Shown piece by piece: positions 26,818-41,489 of a stretch of DNA of 64,000 nt. Source of the stretch: Eledone cirrhosa (Eukaryota); contig OZ024742.1 in NCBI GenBank assembly GCA_964016885.1, forward strand, positions 205,654,001 to 205,718,000, given 5' to 3'. The notes under the pieces are model-generated. The model had not been told where the DNA came from. It saw nothing but the letters and a program-made list of their open reading frames with translations, and did no database searches. The position numbers and the translations under genes were made by a program. Within the stretch, counting starts at the first letter, position 1, and every line of letters begins with the position of its first letter.

Positions 26818-28107
26818 CAGGGTGTTGACGATATTTGTTCGCAATTTTCAACTGCTAATTTTACTTCCATTGTCACTCTTGTCTTCATAAAAACAGTGAC
26901 TATATTTCCATTATTTATTTTCAGAATAATTGATTATGAATAATTTTGAACTTCCAAATTTGTGGAAGAGCCGCGGAGTTCTTCTTGGAATCCGCGCCGG
27001 GAGGACAAATAAGGAAATTTCAGACTTTCTCAGCGTCAGCAGGAGAATGGTGGAAAAGGTCAGAAAGGAATTGGAAGATTCAGGATTCGACTACAAAGCA
27101 ACATCAAAGAGGAAAACATGATTGACGATCTGACGCCTTCAGAACGCCTGAGTTCGTCGCTGAAGTTCAGGATATCATCAACAATGAACCTAGCAAGTCG
27201 ATGCGTGCCATTGCAAGGGAGAAAGGCATGGATGAAAAGCTCATTAGGCTGGTGGTACATGAAGACATTCACTACGTTTCATACAAGATGAGGAAAGGAC
27301 AATTTCTGTCAAAGGCGATGCAAAAAAAGCGACTGAAGCACGCAAAGAAGCTGATCAACAAGTTGAAACACCCATTGGAGCCAGACATGCTGTGGTTTTT
27401 CTCCGACGAGAAAAACTTCTGCCAAGACCAGAAGATCAACTCCCAGAACAACAGGTGGCTCGCTGTCTCATCCAAAGACATGCCCAGAGTTATGCAGACA
27501 AAGTTTCCAGCGACAACATTGGTCTTAGGTGTCGTCAGCAGTCAAGGTGACGTCATGCCACCTCACTTCTTCCCTGAGGGCTTCAAGCTGAACACCGATG
27601 GCTACATTCACGTTCTGAGCGAGGTAGTAAAGCCCTGGATCGACCAAGTAGCTGCAGGTAGGCCGTACGTGTGGCAGCAAGACTCAGCGCCCTGCCATAC
27701 CAGCCGAAAGACCCAAGCCTGGCTGTCAGAGAACTTCGTCGACCACACTTCACCTGACATCTGGCCTCCCAGCTCGACTTCTTTGAGTGGGGGCGCAACC
27801 CCCTCAACTTCTTTGTGTGGGGCGCAGTGGAACGAGACACCAACAGATCTAGCTGCAATATGAAAGACGATCTGAAGGCCAGGATCACAAGTGCTTTTAA
27901 GGGCCTAAGTCGGGGGACAGTGACGAAGGCCTGTAGCCGGTTCCGAGGCCGTCATCAAAGCCAATGGCGGGTTTATCGAGTGAGATGGAAAGAACAAGTC
28001 ATGAAGACAAACTGACCCAGGTTTGATAAATATATCTTAAAAAATAAAACTACTGTGTTATTTTTTCCTAGACAGTAATCTTGCGAACAAATATCGTCTG
28101 CACCCTG
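26818..28107 (+). mobile_element. Tc1/mariner-superfamily DNA transposon, DD37D (maT) type, inactivated
   Basis: TIRs CAGGGTGTTGACGATATTTGTTCGCAA / TTGCGAACAAATATCGTCTGCACCCTG with TA on both sides; length ~1.29 kb. Confidence 0.93.
26936..27985 (+). pseudogene. Frameshifted DD37D transposase
   Basis: HTH-like N-terminus (TNKEISDFLSVSRRMVEKVRK), WFFSDEKNF, WQQDSAPCH, WPPSS...PLNFFVWG. Breaks near 27120 and 27775-27810. Confidence 0.88.
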
Positions 28108-28171
28108 TATATATATATGTGTATAATTTAAAAGCCATTTTGTTATTTTCCAAACACCAATTTAATAATAA

Positions 28172-28411
28172 TAATTGTTTCTACTTTTGGCACAAGGCCA
28201 GCAATTATCCCAGTGTATTACTGGTACTTTATTTTATCGACCCAATTTAATAATAATAATTGTTTCTACTTTTGGCACAAGGCCAGCAATTACCCAGGGC
28301 AAAGTTAACCTAAAAGTTAACCTCAGCGGGATTTGAACTCAGATCGTAAAGGGACGTAACTATGCTGGAAATCATGGCGTCCGACCCTCTACCGATGCTG
28401 CCAATCCACTG
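28172..28411 (-). mobile_element. tRNA-derived SINE, abundant family (other copies ~31668-31822, 37095-37225, 38378-38556, 40277-40385, 44828-44960, 47750-47905, 49115-49300)
   Basis: Recurring 'gagttcaaatccc..gaggttaactttgcctttcatccttacggggtcgataaaataaagtaccagt...ggccttgtgccaaaagtagaaacaa' with a B-box GAGTTCAAATCC. Confidence 0.85.
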
Positions 28412-28539
28412 GTTAGTTATTTAACTAAATCCCTCCAGATTTTTATTTAATTCTAACACATCAGCATTGTATTATGTGAGAAATATGGTCATGAAAGAAT
28501 TAAATAATATATATATAATAATTTTGAACATATTACATG

Positions 28540-31500
28540 GGTATGACATTAAACTACATCCAGTGGCAAGGCTCCAGTTCGGGAGTTCAGGAGCTGTGGA
28601 GAATGTGGAGTTACCCCTTAGTTGTCATAACTCCCAGGTCTGCTCTGGCCCGGAGTAGTAGTACCTGTTAGGGCCCCATTTATGGGTTAAATAACTACCT
28701 TATTCGAGTGGCGCTGGTAAGGTATTGTCAGTCATTGAAAAGAAATATGGAGAGTCTATCTAACAGCACTAGGGTTAGAGCTCCTAATTACACTGTCAAG
28801 GAGCAGTCTGGTCATTATGACTGCTGGCTTAGAGCCACAGGGAGGGCCAGTGGATGATGGATCAGCTGTCTCTGAGACAAATATAAAAATGCAGTTTTGT
28901 CCTGCAGAAGAGCCATCAAAATGGGCACTTTGAATGTGAGGACTATTCGGACGCTGGAGAAGAGAGAGGAGTTGGGACATCTGTTCGAGGAGAGTGGTAT
29001 GCGGATACTTGTGATCCGAGAACACAGGATCCTACACGATGAGCCCGTGAGGAGACTGATGATTGGGAAGATGAGCCAGCTCATCACATCGGCAGTGAGG
29101 AACATGACCAATGCTGCAGTGGGAGGAGTGGGTTTTGTTTTCAGCACAAAAAACCATTCTATTGGTGAGGGAAATAATACCTGTCTCCCCGCAAGTGTTG
29201 AGGGTGACCTTCAATGGAAACCCAAGACTGACAGTCATCTCAGCCTATAGTCCAACCGAGGGAGACAGTGATGTGAGTGGAGAAGAGTTCCATGAGGAGG
29301 TGTGTAGAGCTGTCAACACCACACAAGCACACAACATCCTGCTTGTTTTGGGGAACTTCAATGCACATCTGAGTAAGGAGGGTAGTGAAGATCCTTGCTG
29401 GTACTTCCATAACAACACCAACCGAAATGGAAGACTACTGAGAGACACCCTGCTGGAGGTGAGCTTGATAGCGATCAACCTAAGGTTTAGGAAGAATCTA
29501 GGGAAGATGTGGACCTACATCTCAGATATGCACCTGTCCAAGTCTCAGATTGATTTCATTCTGGTGAGGAAAAAGTGGCTGAAGAGTGTTTTGAACACAG
29601 AACCATACAACTATTTCAGAACACTGGGTTGTGACCACCGGTTTGTTATGAGTGAGGTCCAGGTGAGCTTAAGAAAGAGTAAGGCTCCTCCCCGGAGAGC
29701 AATCTATGACTGGCGAGCTTTCAAGGAAGATAAGCTACAGGAGAGGTTCACAGTGGAAGTGAGGAACAGATTCAGTGCTCTGTGTGGAGAGACAAAGGAG
29801 AGAGAGATTGGATGGACTGAGGAGAGCATTGCGGAAGCAAGTGAAACTTTGGTGCCGAGGAGAAAGAACAAAAGGAAGTACGTCAGCTCTGCAGACCCAA
29901 AAGTGTGTGCAGCCAGAGAACACCTGAAAGCTGCCAAGAACCAATTCTATGCTGATTCTACGGAGTAGAGGATGGAGACTGTGGATGTGATGGGGGTAGA
30001 ACTATGTACCGCTTACACTGAGGCCAGAGAGGAGGCACTGATAGAGAAGATCAGAAGTGTGGAGAGAGCGGTTGACAGGTCTGGATGTAAGGAGAGCTGG
30101 ATGATCATCAACGAGATCACAGGGAGGAAAAGAAGGTGTTCGAGTCAGATCCAGGGAACAGGGCCCGAGGATAGGAAGAGCAAATGGCTAGACCATTTTA
30201 GGACCCTACTAGGAGAGCCGCTCTCCACAGCCCAGAGAACTGGGGAGATCTGGCGGCTGTTTGAAGAATTGGATATTGAGATAGAGCCCTTCACCAGAGA
30301 GGAGCTTCAGAGAGCCAAGAAGAAGATCAAGGAGGGAAAGGCTCATGGAGAAGATGGAGTGGCATCAGAGGTGATGAAGAGGTGTGATTTTGATGATATC
30401 ATCCTGGGGTTCTGTAACCAGGCACTGGAGAAAAGAGTTGCCCCGAATCAGTGGAGGATCAGTAACATCGTCCCAGTGCCAAAGAAGGGAGATCTCTCTA
30501 ACACCAACAACTACAGGGGATCTCACTGACGTGACTTGCGGCAAAGAAGCTCAGGGACAACCAGAATGGCTTCAGAGAGGGAAGATCAACCACCAGTCAC
30601 CTCCTGATACTGAGGAGGATATTAGAGGGAGCTAGAGCAAAGTGCCTTCCTGGAGTCATGGTTTTCATTGACTTTAGGAAGGCCTTTGATTCTGATGCAG
30701 GAGGTTGAGACTGTGCCGATGAGTGTAGGGCTGAGAATGAATGAGACTAAAACAAAATATCTGGTAGAGAATGTTGAGAAGCGAGAGGGGATCACTAATG
30801 TAGGTGGGAAGCCACTAGAATTGGTTGAGGACTTGCTGTATTTGGGAGCAAAGATTGGAAATACGGAAAATGATGTGGTTGAGAGGAAGAGCAAAGCCTG
30901 GGCGGCGTGCCACAGCTTGAGATCGGTGTGGAAGTCTGACCTGTGTAAAGACCTGAAAGTCCGCCTCTTCATTGCTGTAGTGGAATCTGTTCTGCTGTAC
31001 GGGTCTGAGACTTGGACACTGACCAAGAATCTCACTCAGATGGTGGATGGGTGCTACACGAGAATGCTGAGAATGGCTCTGAACATTAATCAGTATACAC
31101 TGAGGATAAAAAACTCAGAGCTGTATGGGAGCCTCCCAAAAGTCAGCTCTAAAGTGACACAGAGGAGACTGAGGTTAGCTGGACATGCACACTGACATCC
31201 ATAGTTGACATTGCACTCAGTGCTCCTGTGGGAGCCCCTACATGGACACACTGGAAGAGGAAGACCAATGTTAACGTATGTCAATGCCCTAAGGACAGAC
31301 ACTGGTCTGTTGGAGACCCAGGACATGGCAGTGATAATGAGGGACAGAGACCACTGGAGAGAACTCGTCCATGGATCTCGGGGAATTTTACCCGCCCTAG
31401 ATACATTGTATCAATCACGTAAGTGCAAAGGGCCAGTAGCCGTCACTTTGACTCACTCCCCTATGTTGTGGCCACCATCAAATCTATGAATGCACAGAAA

Positions 31501-31555
31501 TTGATTGGACAGTGTAGAGAATGTAATATGCCCGGGATGATGATGATGCTGATGT
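28540..31555 (+). mobile_element. Decayed RTE-X-like LINE with internal deletion of the RT core
   Basis: APE (MGTLNVRT, ISAYSPT, GNFNAH, SQIDFIL, CDHR), RT start (IVPVPKKGDLS..NYRG, FIDFRKAFDS) and C-terminus (VESVLLYGSETWTLT, RRLRLAGH). Frameshifts and stops; (GAT)n end. Confidence 0.88.
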
Positions 31556-32280
31556 CATTGTGCAGCATCCCATATAGTTCATCGTTGTATGTTAGACTAC
31601 CTGTGTACAATAGGATTGATTGAGTAAAGCTCACTTAGAGCTACATAACAACAGCTGTCACATTACTGAGTGCATTACTGGTGCTTTATTTTATCGACCC
31701 CGTAAGGATGAATGGCAAAGCTGAGCTCAGCGGGATTTAAACTCAGAACATAAAGAGTCGTAACTTTAAGCTGCAAAGCATGGCGTCTGACACTCTGCTG
31801 ATTTTGCCAATCCACTGCCAATAATGATATCTAATATAAGTACAAGGCTACATGTTTTGACAGAAGGTTATAGTCAAATTCATTGCATCCAATACTTGTT
31901 TGTTTGTTTTTTTATTTTATCTGCCCACAACAGGATGGAGGGCAAAATGGACCCCAACAGAATTTGAACTCAGACTCTAACTAGTTATAAACTATTGATA
32001 CAAAGCATTTTGTCTATTCTTCCATTTGGTGCCTTACACAAGTAAAAATGAAGAAAACCGCAACTACCTCTACCACCACCAACAACAACTACTACTATTA
32101 CTACTATCACATGTTCTAGTCTTGTCCAGCATGCCATGTATGATGAACATAGAAACATTTGTAAATCACAAGAAATAACCTAAATCATTCGATATGTTTT
32201 GGCATGAATTGAGATTTTGTATTGATATCAGCAAAAACAATAATGTTGATGTAATAATGGTATAATTCCCATACATACAT

Positions 32281-35275
32281 ATCATCATCATCACCGTTTT
32301 ACGTCCATTCTTCCATGTTAGCATGGGTTAGACGGGTTGTCCTGTTGTGGACAGGGCCCGGTCGGCTGACCTTGTCTTGCTGATACGGGAACTGGTTGTG
32401 GCTTGATTTCTACAGCTGGATAACCTCATTTACAGTGAGTACTGGGTGCTTTCTTGTCGTGTCACCAGCACAATATATATATAATAGAAAGTTTTAATTT
32501 GAATACAAACTGTTTAAAAGAAGAAGCTTTGTATTATGGAAGCAGAGGTAGATTCAGACAGGTTGGTTTTAAAAGTGAGAAATTGGGTCTTCTGTATTAC
32601 TGTGTGACACCAGAGGTCACGGTCCTGTGTCATCACCTTTGAGAAGTCCAATTGGGTAAGGTCGGCTTTTATCACCTCATCCCAGGTCTTCTTGGGTCTC
32701 CCCCACTCCATGGCTTCCATTGACTTCTAGTGCTCTGCACCTTTTTATGCAACTGTCATCCTTCATATGCATCACATGTCCATACCAACGCAACCTCCTT
32801 CCCTGCACACAGCATTTGATTTCTCTTATGCTCAGTTTCTCAATTCGTTTATGCTTTGCTGTTCGCATATATTACTATGTCACATCCATCGGAGCATGCA
32901 AGCTTTGTTTCTTTCTAATCTACGCACAACGCCCAGGTCTCCCTACTATGTAACATTGCTGTTCGTATGCACGGATCATACAGTCTGCCTTTCATTTTGC
33001 GGGTAAAGCCTTTCACAGCTAGCAGTGACAGTAGCTCCCTGAACTTCTTCCATCCTGTTCTCACCCTGGTTACTGTACTTTCCGAACACCCACCTCTGGT
33101 GCTAATTCGGTCACCTAGGTAGAAAAAGCTGTCTACTGTTTCTACAGAGCCCTCCGAGAGTTTGGTGGTGCTTGTTTGCTGCTTGCTGTCCCGGTACAGC
33201 TGCTACATGTAAAGCTTACATTCTTAGCTGAGCTTCCTTGTGTACCCATTGTTTGCATTTGGAGCAGAGGATGGAGTTCCTACCTACACCTTTCCTACAT
33301 ACAGAGCAAGGCCATTTCCCTGAGAGGATCTGTGTTCTGTTTTCTCGTCTACTTACGAGGACCTTAGTCTTTGTCAGGTTGACTTTGAGACCCTTTCTTT
33401 CTAGTCCCTGCTTCTATGTTTGGAATTCCTTCTCTAGTTCCACCATAGATTCAGCTATAAGTGTGTGATCATCCGCATACAGGAGTTCCCATGGGCACCC
33501 GCTCTTAAACTCCTCTGTTATTGCCTGCAAAACTATAAGGAGAGGGCTCAGAACAGAGCCCTGGTGGACACCAACCTGTATGCTAAATTCTTCGCTATAG
33601 TCCTTGTTAACCCTAACTTTGCTGACTGCTCCTCTATGAGTGGCTTGTACAGCATTCATCTACTCACCAGATTATAGCACGGTGCACTCTGTCGAGGGCT
33701 TTTTTCATATTGACAAATGCCAGGTAGAGTGGCTTACTTTTAGCTATGTACTTTTCCTGTAACTGCCTCACAAGGAAGAGGGCATCAGTGGTGCCTTTTC
33801 CTGGCACAAACCCAAATTGCATCTCATCTAGTTTTACCCGGTCCCTAATCAACTATGCTATAACTCTTTCTGTTACTTTCATGACCTGGTCCATCAGCTT
33901 TATACCTCTATAGTTTCCTCTATCTAGTGCATCACCTTTACCCGTGTAGCAGTTGACAATGATGCTGCTGCACCAATCATTTGGTATGACACCCTCTAGT
34001 ATCAACCGTTTAACAATACGTGTGGTTATGGTGTGACCTACCAACCCAGATGCTTTCAGCATCTTGGCTGCTATACTCGATGGACTGGTTGCCTTCCCAG
34101 TCTTCATATCTTTAATTGCCTTAGTTACTATGCTGCTGGCCCCTCTATAGGGTCCACTTGGGGTAGGGTCTCTTTCTCCCATGCATTCTCCTCATTTAGT
34201 AATCTTTGATAATGGCTCTTCCATGCATCTTTCTCCTCAGCACTTGTGAGGACAAGCTCGCCTTTATTGTTCCGGACACACTTCTCTCCAATGACATCAC
34301 AACTTTCAACTGTCACTAACACACTGCCTCGCAATCCTGAACACCTCCTGTTTCTGGTCCTCACGCTGCAAAACATACTTGAATTTTCTATCCTCTGCTT
34401 CCCTTCTAGCTAAGTATACTTGTCACCTAGCTTCCCTCCTGGTCTCTATGTAATTTCTTTTCATGTCTGTCTCTTAGCCTTAATTGCCTCATCTACCTTA
34501 TTGTTCCACCACCAAGTCACTCTCCTCCCTGTTGTCTTGCTCCAATCACAGATCTCGTCCGTCGCCTTTAGTAAGTTATTTTTTAGGAACTCCCAGTGCT
34601 CTTCTACATTGAATGTCTCTATCTGTTCTTCTTTACTGTCATAGGCATCGAGTAAGATATCTTTAAATCTGTTACTGGCTGAGGGGTCTTTCAGCTTTCT
34701 CTTCTCCAGGTTGCCTTCTGTTTCCAAGTTTGTCTAGTTCTGACAATGAGGTTGACAACTAAGTTATGTTGGGAGGTACATTCCTCACCAGGGAAGGCTT
34801 TTGTGTTTACAACCGTCCATCTATCACATCCTCTGATGTGGATAAAATATATCTGACTAGAATGCTCCCTTGATCTATAGGTGATCAGATGGTTGTCGGA
34901 TTTTTTGAAGTTTGTGCTACTTATCGACATGTCACTGGCGTCGCAGAATTCTAGATGCCTGAAGCCTTCTTCATTTCTTGTGCCAAACCCATAGCTTCCA
35001 TGGACTCTATAGAAGCCATCAGTGTTTCCCAGTGTGTCCGTTAAAGTCTCCTGCAATCATTAGGAAATCACTGTCGTTTGTTAGAGCAGTGGTGTGCATT
35101 AAAGACTCGTAAAACCTATCCCTAAGTTTGTCTGGCAACTTCTATTGTTTTATTCAGAACTAGTCTGAGTTTAATGATTCTTATGTTCATCCTGTTCACT
35201 GAGATTACCTAATCTACCCACTTGTCAGCTAATAGTATACCTGTACCACCCATCCCGTTGTCATTTCCCACCGAG
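32281..35275 (-). mobile_element. Decayed RTE LINE, older relative of the element at 1-2426
   Basis: Fragments YGFGTRNEEG, NYRGIKL, QFGFVPGKGTTDA, GVHQGSVLSPLL, ELLYADD, RRLRWYGHV in shifting frames, plus 3' UTR with (GAT)n tail. Confidence 0.9.
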
Positions 35276-35285
35276 AAAAAAAAAA

Positions 35286-35347
<62 letters not shown>

Positions 35348-38300
35348 TAGATTCTCAACTTATCCTATACTGAAAAGTTTATCTTTTTGCACCTAAAATT
35401 GTAAATATACGTCTCTCTCTCATTCTGACACTCACACCTAAATGTCTACATAAATGTCTGCTATATAGTATATATTTCTGATGGTGGTTCCTCATTACAG
35501 TTGGAGTGTCAGTTAAAACCACAGGAGTGTGTGCGCGCATGTGCATGCACACACAGACACACACAAATATATATTTATGTTCAACTCTTCATATATACTT
35601 ATGTTCAATCCAGCATAGAAAAGTAGACATTAAATGATGATAATGTATACACATATTTTGTATGTGTATACACAACACACTGACAAAGATGTGTATGTGT
35701 ATCTATATGTAGTTGATGGACAAGAGAAAAGAATACTCACTACCAAATTAGAGTTTAAATATCAATTTATTATGGCTAAATAACAAGTCTTGTTACTACG
35801 AAGTTCTTGTCTGATGACCCTGTGAGTGAGCAGATTCATTATTCAGCCATAATAAATGAATACATATATATATTAAGAAGTGTATTAGCAGCCAAAGTGC
35901 ACGATGAAGTTATATCTGTATAAATACAGATGGGGTGACCAAGATTGCACTAATATGTATGTAGATATACATACATATCTAATATGTAGGCATGTAAACA
36001 TGACTGAAAATATGGATTTCCCTGTATATATGGAATCCACTAAATCATCAGTTTATTATGATGTAAACTACTGTAAAGTTGCATCAATAGTTTTTGTCCA
36101 CCAAGCTTCCAATATTTTTAAAATAAGTCTACTCTATAGACTAGTTTCATTTTCAACTTCCTGAATATTAAGAATGGATTTTATGTTGATTTCTACTATT
36201 GCAATTCAGATCTACAGTGGTAGGATTTCTTTTTACATAGTAAATATTACACTCTTTTAAACCATTGTTGGTTTTTATCTGCAATTCTAGTTACTGTATT
36301 TCCTGGCATCAAAGTTGCTATTTTTATCCTAAAATAAGAAGGCCGAAGGTTGCATTTCTCATAGGCATATCCTAACCCCAGAGGAAAATTATCTGTTAGA
36401 CAGTAATATGACCTCTCAATGAAGTGTATAAATTATACTTAGTTAAAGTAGTAAATAAACAAAATATTATTAAAAAATTATGTAACAAGACCCAAAGTCC
36501 CTGAGACCTTATTTTTATGTTATTGTTTTTCAAATTTTTAGTTGTCAAAATTGGCGTCCTCAAGGGCAAAGCAACAAATATTTTCTGATTGAGTCAGCTG
36601 GATAGAGTAAGCATGATTTTTTTTAGGGCTCTTCTTAAGCCAGCTGCAATACACACAGCTACATGTGACCATTCACTGAAAATGAAATTTACACACTAAA
36701 TTTATATTTCTGGTTAAAGGCCTCCAGTCCATGGATTTCATTATAATTTATTTTCGGAGGTGTCACCAAAAATGAAAATGGAATCAAATAATTGAAGTAT
36801 TTATACAAACCAAATTTGTATTTCTGACTGAAGACCTACAATCCATGCATTTCTTTATAATGTGAAGTTTTTGGCAATCAGTAGGAAGATCCAAGGAAAA
36901 GTAAAAACTTCACCCCCACCCACCACCACACACATATATATATATACATATAAGTCCATGGAGCTTTTCTAATTGAATTTTATATTTGTTTCACTGGTAC
37001 AAATTCTGGCATCTTCCTGAACATTAAAATCTAAAGTAATAAGGTGCTTATCACTTTAAAATCTTTTGAGTAAAAAATTCTGTATACTCATCTTTCCCTT
37101 TACGATCTGGGTTCAAATCCCGCCGAGGTTGACTTTGCCTTTCATCCTTACGGGGTCGATAAAATAAAGTACCAGTAATGCACTGGGTAATTGCTGGCCT
37201 TGTGTCTAACGTAGAAACAATTATTTGTCATTCTTATTAGAATATATAATACTGAAAACTTGTTTGTAGAACTGATAATGCTCTAATCAAACTCTACCAT
37301 GAAATTTTGATATAGAACCTCTGAATTTACCATTCATCTTCAAATGGTGTTCAACTCTTATATTAACAACCTTAAGAAAGTACAATCATTGTCATTTTAT
37401 ACCCCCCCCCCCCCATGCTGACATGGATTAGTTGCTCTAACACCCCATCTCACCACTTGTGGTCCTTTGTCAGCTTTTTCATGAGGTCAAGCATCCTGAG
37501 ATCAGTCCTCATTACTTCTTCCCACATCTTTCACTTAACTCTTGTCCACATTTTGTGGACAGAAGGAAATTTCTGCATACTTTACAACTTTTTAAAAAAA
37601 TATAGTCTATACTGAATGTTAATTCTTTAAAAACAAAAAACAAAAAAAAAACTATTGAACAAGATCTTGAAAAATTGGTACCAAGTTATACATTTCTGTT
37701 TAACATATTTCATTTATCTTTTCTACATATTAATTGCTGGAGCCTAATTGATAACTGGCTATTAATGAAATCTGTTATAGCAGGAATATATGATATGCAG
37801 CTTGGTTTCACCTTGATAAGGCAGTATCTGCATTATTAGAAAATGTTCATGGAATTACGAGGAAGAAAATGATGAGTAGACTCATTATGAGGGCATCAAA
37901 ATACTCATCAATTTATATTCTATTTACCTTCATTATAGCAACATTCAGCAAATTATCTCTCTCCCCTCTCATGTTCTTGTACACATGCACACACACATAT
38001 ACACATTGTATATGTAAAGGTGCCGTAACATATTACTAATAACTTACATGCATTGCTAGTATATACACTTTATTAGCATGAAAAAGTAAGACCAGTATAA
38101 AAAGACATGTTATGTTGAAATTGCCATCTTTTTTGAAAAGGATAGTTTTTACATATGTTTCTCTTGTATTATTCAAGTTTAATTTGGTTTATTTAAAGGT
38201 AAATACTCAGCCCTTCTCAAAGTCAATGATATTATCAGAAGCTCAAATCACAGTCAGTAGCTGATAAAATGAATGTTCTGCAGTAAAAGCTATATTAACT

Positions 38301-39989
38301 CCATAAGGAAAATAAATCAAATTTTATTTCATATTCATGTCACCACTATTTTTTATTGAATATCTTAAATATTTGGCTGTATCAGTAGAGGGTCGGATGC
38401 CATGTTTTGCAGCAAAGAGTTACGGCCCTTTGTGGTCTGAGTTCAAATCCCACCGAGGTTAACTTTGCCTTTCATCCTTACGGGGTCGATAAAATAAAGT
38501 ACCAGTAATACACTGGGATAATTGCTGGCCTTGTGCCAAAAGTAGAAACAATTATTTTTTATTGTTTCTCTATTTTTTATAAAAGAAAAATGAAGACCTT
38601 TATTTGTTTACTTGAAATATTTTATATAAACATATAAACACCTTAATATAGAAGACACAAGAAATGGAAACAAAACTGAAGTAAGAGGAAAAACACAAAT
38701 AATAATAATAATAATAATAATGTGTTTCTATTGATTAGTTGTTTGTAACTGCTTGAAATGTTGCATCATGTCTCTTAAGTACTACATTCTCATTTAATTC
38801 TAGTTATGGGGTTCTGAAAAAATAATTGGTTTCTTTATTTTGTTCTCATAAAAATATAGATGAACCACTTTTCTCAAAATAAAAATAAGGCAAGTTATGG
38901 AGATTAATTATTTGTTTGAACAAACCAGTGTGTAAAATAAATGTCAAACTTGATGAAAAACAGGAAAGAATTAATCTTCACATTTATTCTTTATTTAAGT
39001 AATATATTCCCCTCAAAACAATTTTGTTATCACAGGAATTTCATATGTATTAGAACATCCATTAACATTTCTATATAAACGTTTACTAGTGGACTTGAAA
39101 TAGAATGACTCAGAGAATTTACATTAGATACAGAGATTATTTATATTCAAGAAAGATATTTTTCTAATGCCAAACTTGTATGGCATTTTGAGGACAGATT
39201 TGTTTCATTAATTCTTGTACACTGAAGTTAATTGTAAATCCCAAATTGGTCGGCTTGCAACTGAACTTGAAATTACTTTTCCTGTGCTTTAATTTCAATG
39301 TAATCATTAGCTGATATTGTCACTCAATGGTGTAGTGACAATGCATTCAATGTATTCATAAGATATAATCATTGAGTATTTAAGTTACCCAAGATTCTGT
39401 TACTAATACTCTTTTTGACCAAATTTCCAAGCCATTAACCCTTTTGTTATTAAACTGCATGAAGCCACCCTTGATTTGACAATACAAAACTGTTCATTTT
39501 AAAGTGTGTATCATCATCATCGTTTTTGCGGTTTTTTTTTCACATAATTTTATGTACAAAAACTTTAAGGTATACTCCAAACACTAACTAAATAATGAAA
39601 AAGTTAATAATTTTACTCAATTTATCAGATCCTGTGAATTCGAACAATCGTATTTCAATTGCTCTATCATGATAAGGATGGGCAGTGTTAGTGGTATGTC
39701 AGTTTGTTGACACTTGCCGTCATCTATACTGGAGCACTGTTACCTACTTCAGGATTGACATTTAGGTATACTCCTAAAGTGATTAAGATTTCATCTGGCT
39801 CCTACCCTTTGGCATTCCAGGCACTTGACTCCCACCACTATAGCCTTTGGGCCAACAGAATACACAAGCTACTCAACCACTACAAGGAGCATTAATCTTA
39901 CTACTAAATTCATCCATTTCTTTGAGGTGACATGATAAAACCTTTCCATCTCACACGATCAAGCGTCAGTTCTTCATCAGCTAGTTCTG

Positions 39990-40270
39990 TATCTTCCTTC
40001 TTTAATGTCTTGAGAGGTCTTCTGCATTTGTGTTTCACATTAGTGGGCTTCATAGTAAAAATTGTTGTAGCAGGTTCGTTACCTCTTATGACATGACCTG
40101 CAAGTTGAAGATGCCTGACGCAGATGGTATGGCTAATGGGCGGGAGGTTACCGTAGTGAATTTTGGTCCAGAGGTTTGATGTTTTTTATCCTACTTAGCA
40201 TTGTATGTAGCAACCATTTAAAGCTTTGGTGATAGGTATTGTCCCCGACCATGATTCACAGGAATTCAGT
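39990..40270 (-). mobile_element. Small RTE/RTE-X 3' fragment
   Basis: Minus strand reads ...RHLQLAGHVIR...; heavily decayed. Confidence 0.45.
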
Positions 40271-41489
40271 AATATTTGTTTCTACTTTTGGCACAAGGCC
40301 AACAATTATCCCAGTGTATTACTGGTACTTTATTTTATCGACCCCATAAGGATGAAAGGCAAAGTTAACCGTGGCGGGATTTTAATTTCACTGTAGCTTT
40401 GAATAATCTAACTTTTGTTTTTGTGGTTATGTTAGATTTCCACACCGTAACTAAAGAGTTCACAATAGACCATGCTTGTGCTATCCTATTGTTTATATCA
40501 TTTGAAAACATGAACAGTTATAATTTTACTAAATCCTTCCAAATTGTTGATTATTTTCAAAGTGGTTTAACAATCATAAGCAGTTAATAATCATTAGAAA
40601 TATGGTAACAAATAAGCTTATTAAAAAGTCATTTCTGTAATTTCATATTTTATATAAATAAATAAAAGTTACTTTCAACAAGTTGTTTCTAAGATTTCAT
40701 TATTAACTACCTTGACTAAATGATATAAATTAATTACAACTTATATTGCTGTCAATTTTGTACTGTCTTATATTACAAAACATATTTAGAATCACCATAT
40801 CTATAATTATTTTAGAATTGTAGAAATATCTAACCATTTATCTTTTCTTTGCAATTAAATAACTTTAATATAGAATTTAGTTTGATAATTCTAAAGTAAG
40901 ATATTAAGCAAGTTATTATCAAAGAAATAATTTTTTTTCATTAATGGTTTGCTAGTGAGATCCATCTTCATAACATTGATTTATTATGTTAAAGATTTTG
41001 ATTATGTCTTTGATTTTATTCTATCATTAAGGTTTCTACAACATTAACACATAGAGGTCACTGGCCTGCATCTAGCTTTTTTCTACCCTTCCCCCATTCA
41101 TGTTCCCTAGTCTTAATATCCTTCCTTGCCCTCACCTTATCCAACTTGCATACTCCCTCCGCTCCCACTATACACGCTCCTATGGTACCTGCTTGATCAT
41201 GCTCAACTTCTATGTACAAGTGTGAAAGGTAGGACATGCAAATACTGCTATTACGACAAAAAGCACTTTGTCTACACCTCCTATATCTTAACACTCCAGT
41301 CTTCACCAACTAAGTACCACCTTATACCTACTTCTCCAATCCTCATCCTGCATACACACACCACAATCTCTCCCAATCCCCCATCTTCCACATCTGATAC
41401 ACCTCATTTGCCCAATCCATGTATACAAGCACAGAAAAGCTGGACATGCTCCCCCCACAATGCTACTGAAATGGCTACAAGCTTCCAGT

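Noticed and set aside
35765-35857. CTGATGA between 13-bp inverted repeats
   Set aside because: No GAAA half-core; at most a decayed remnant.
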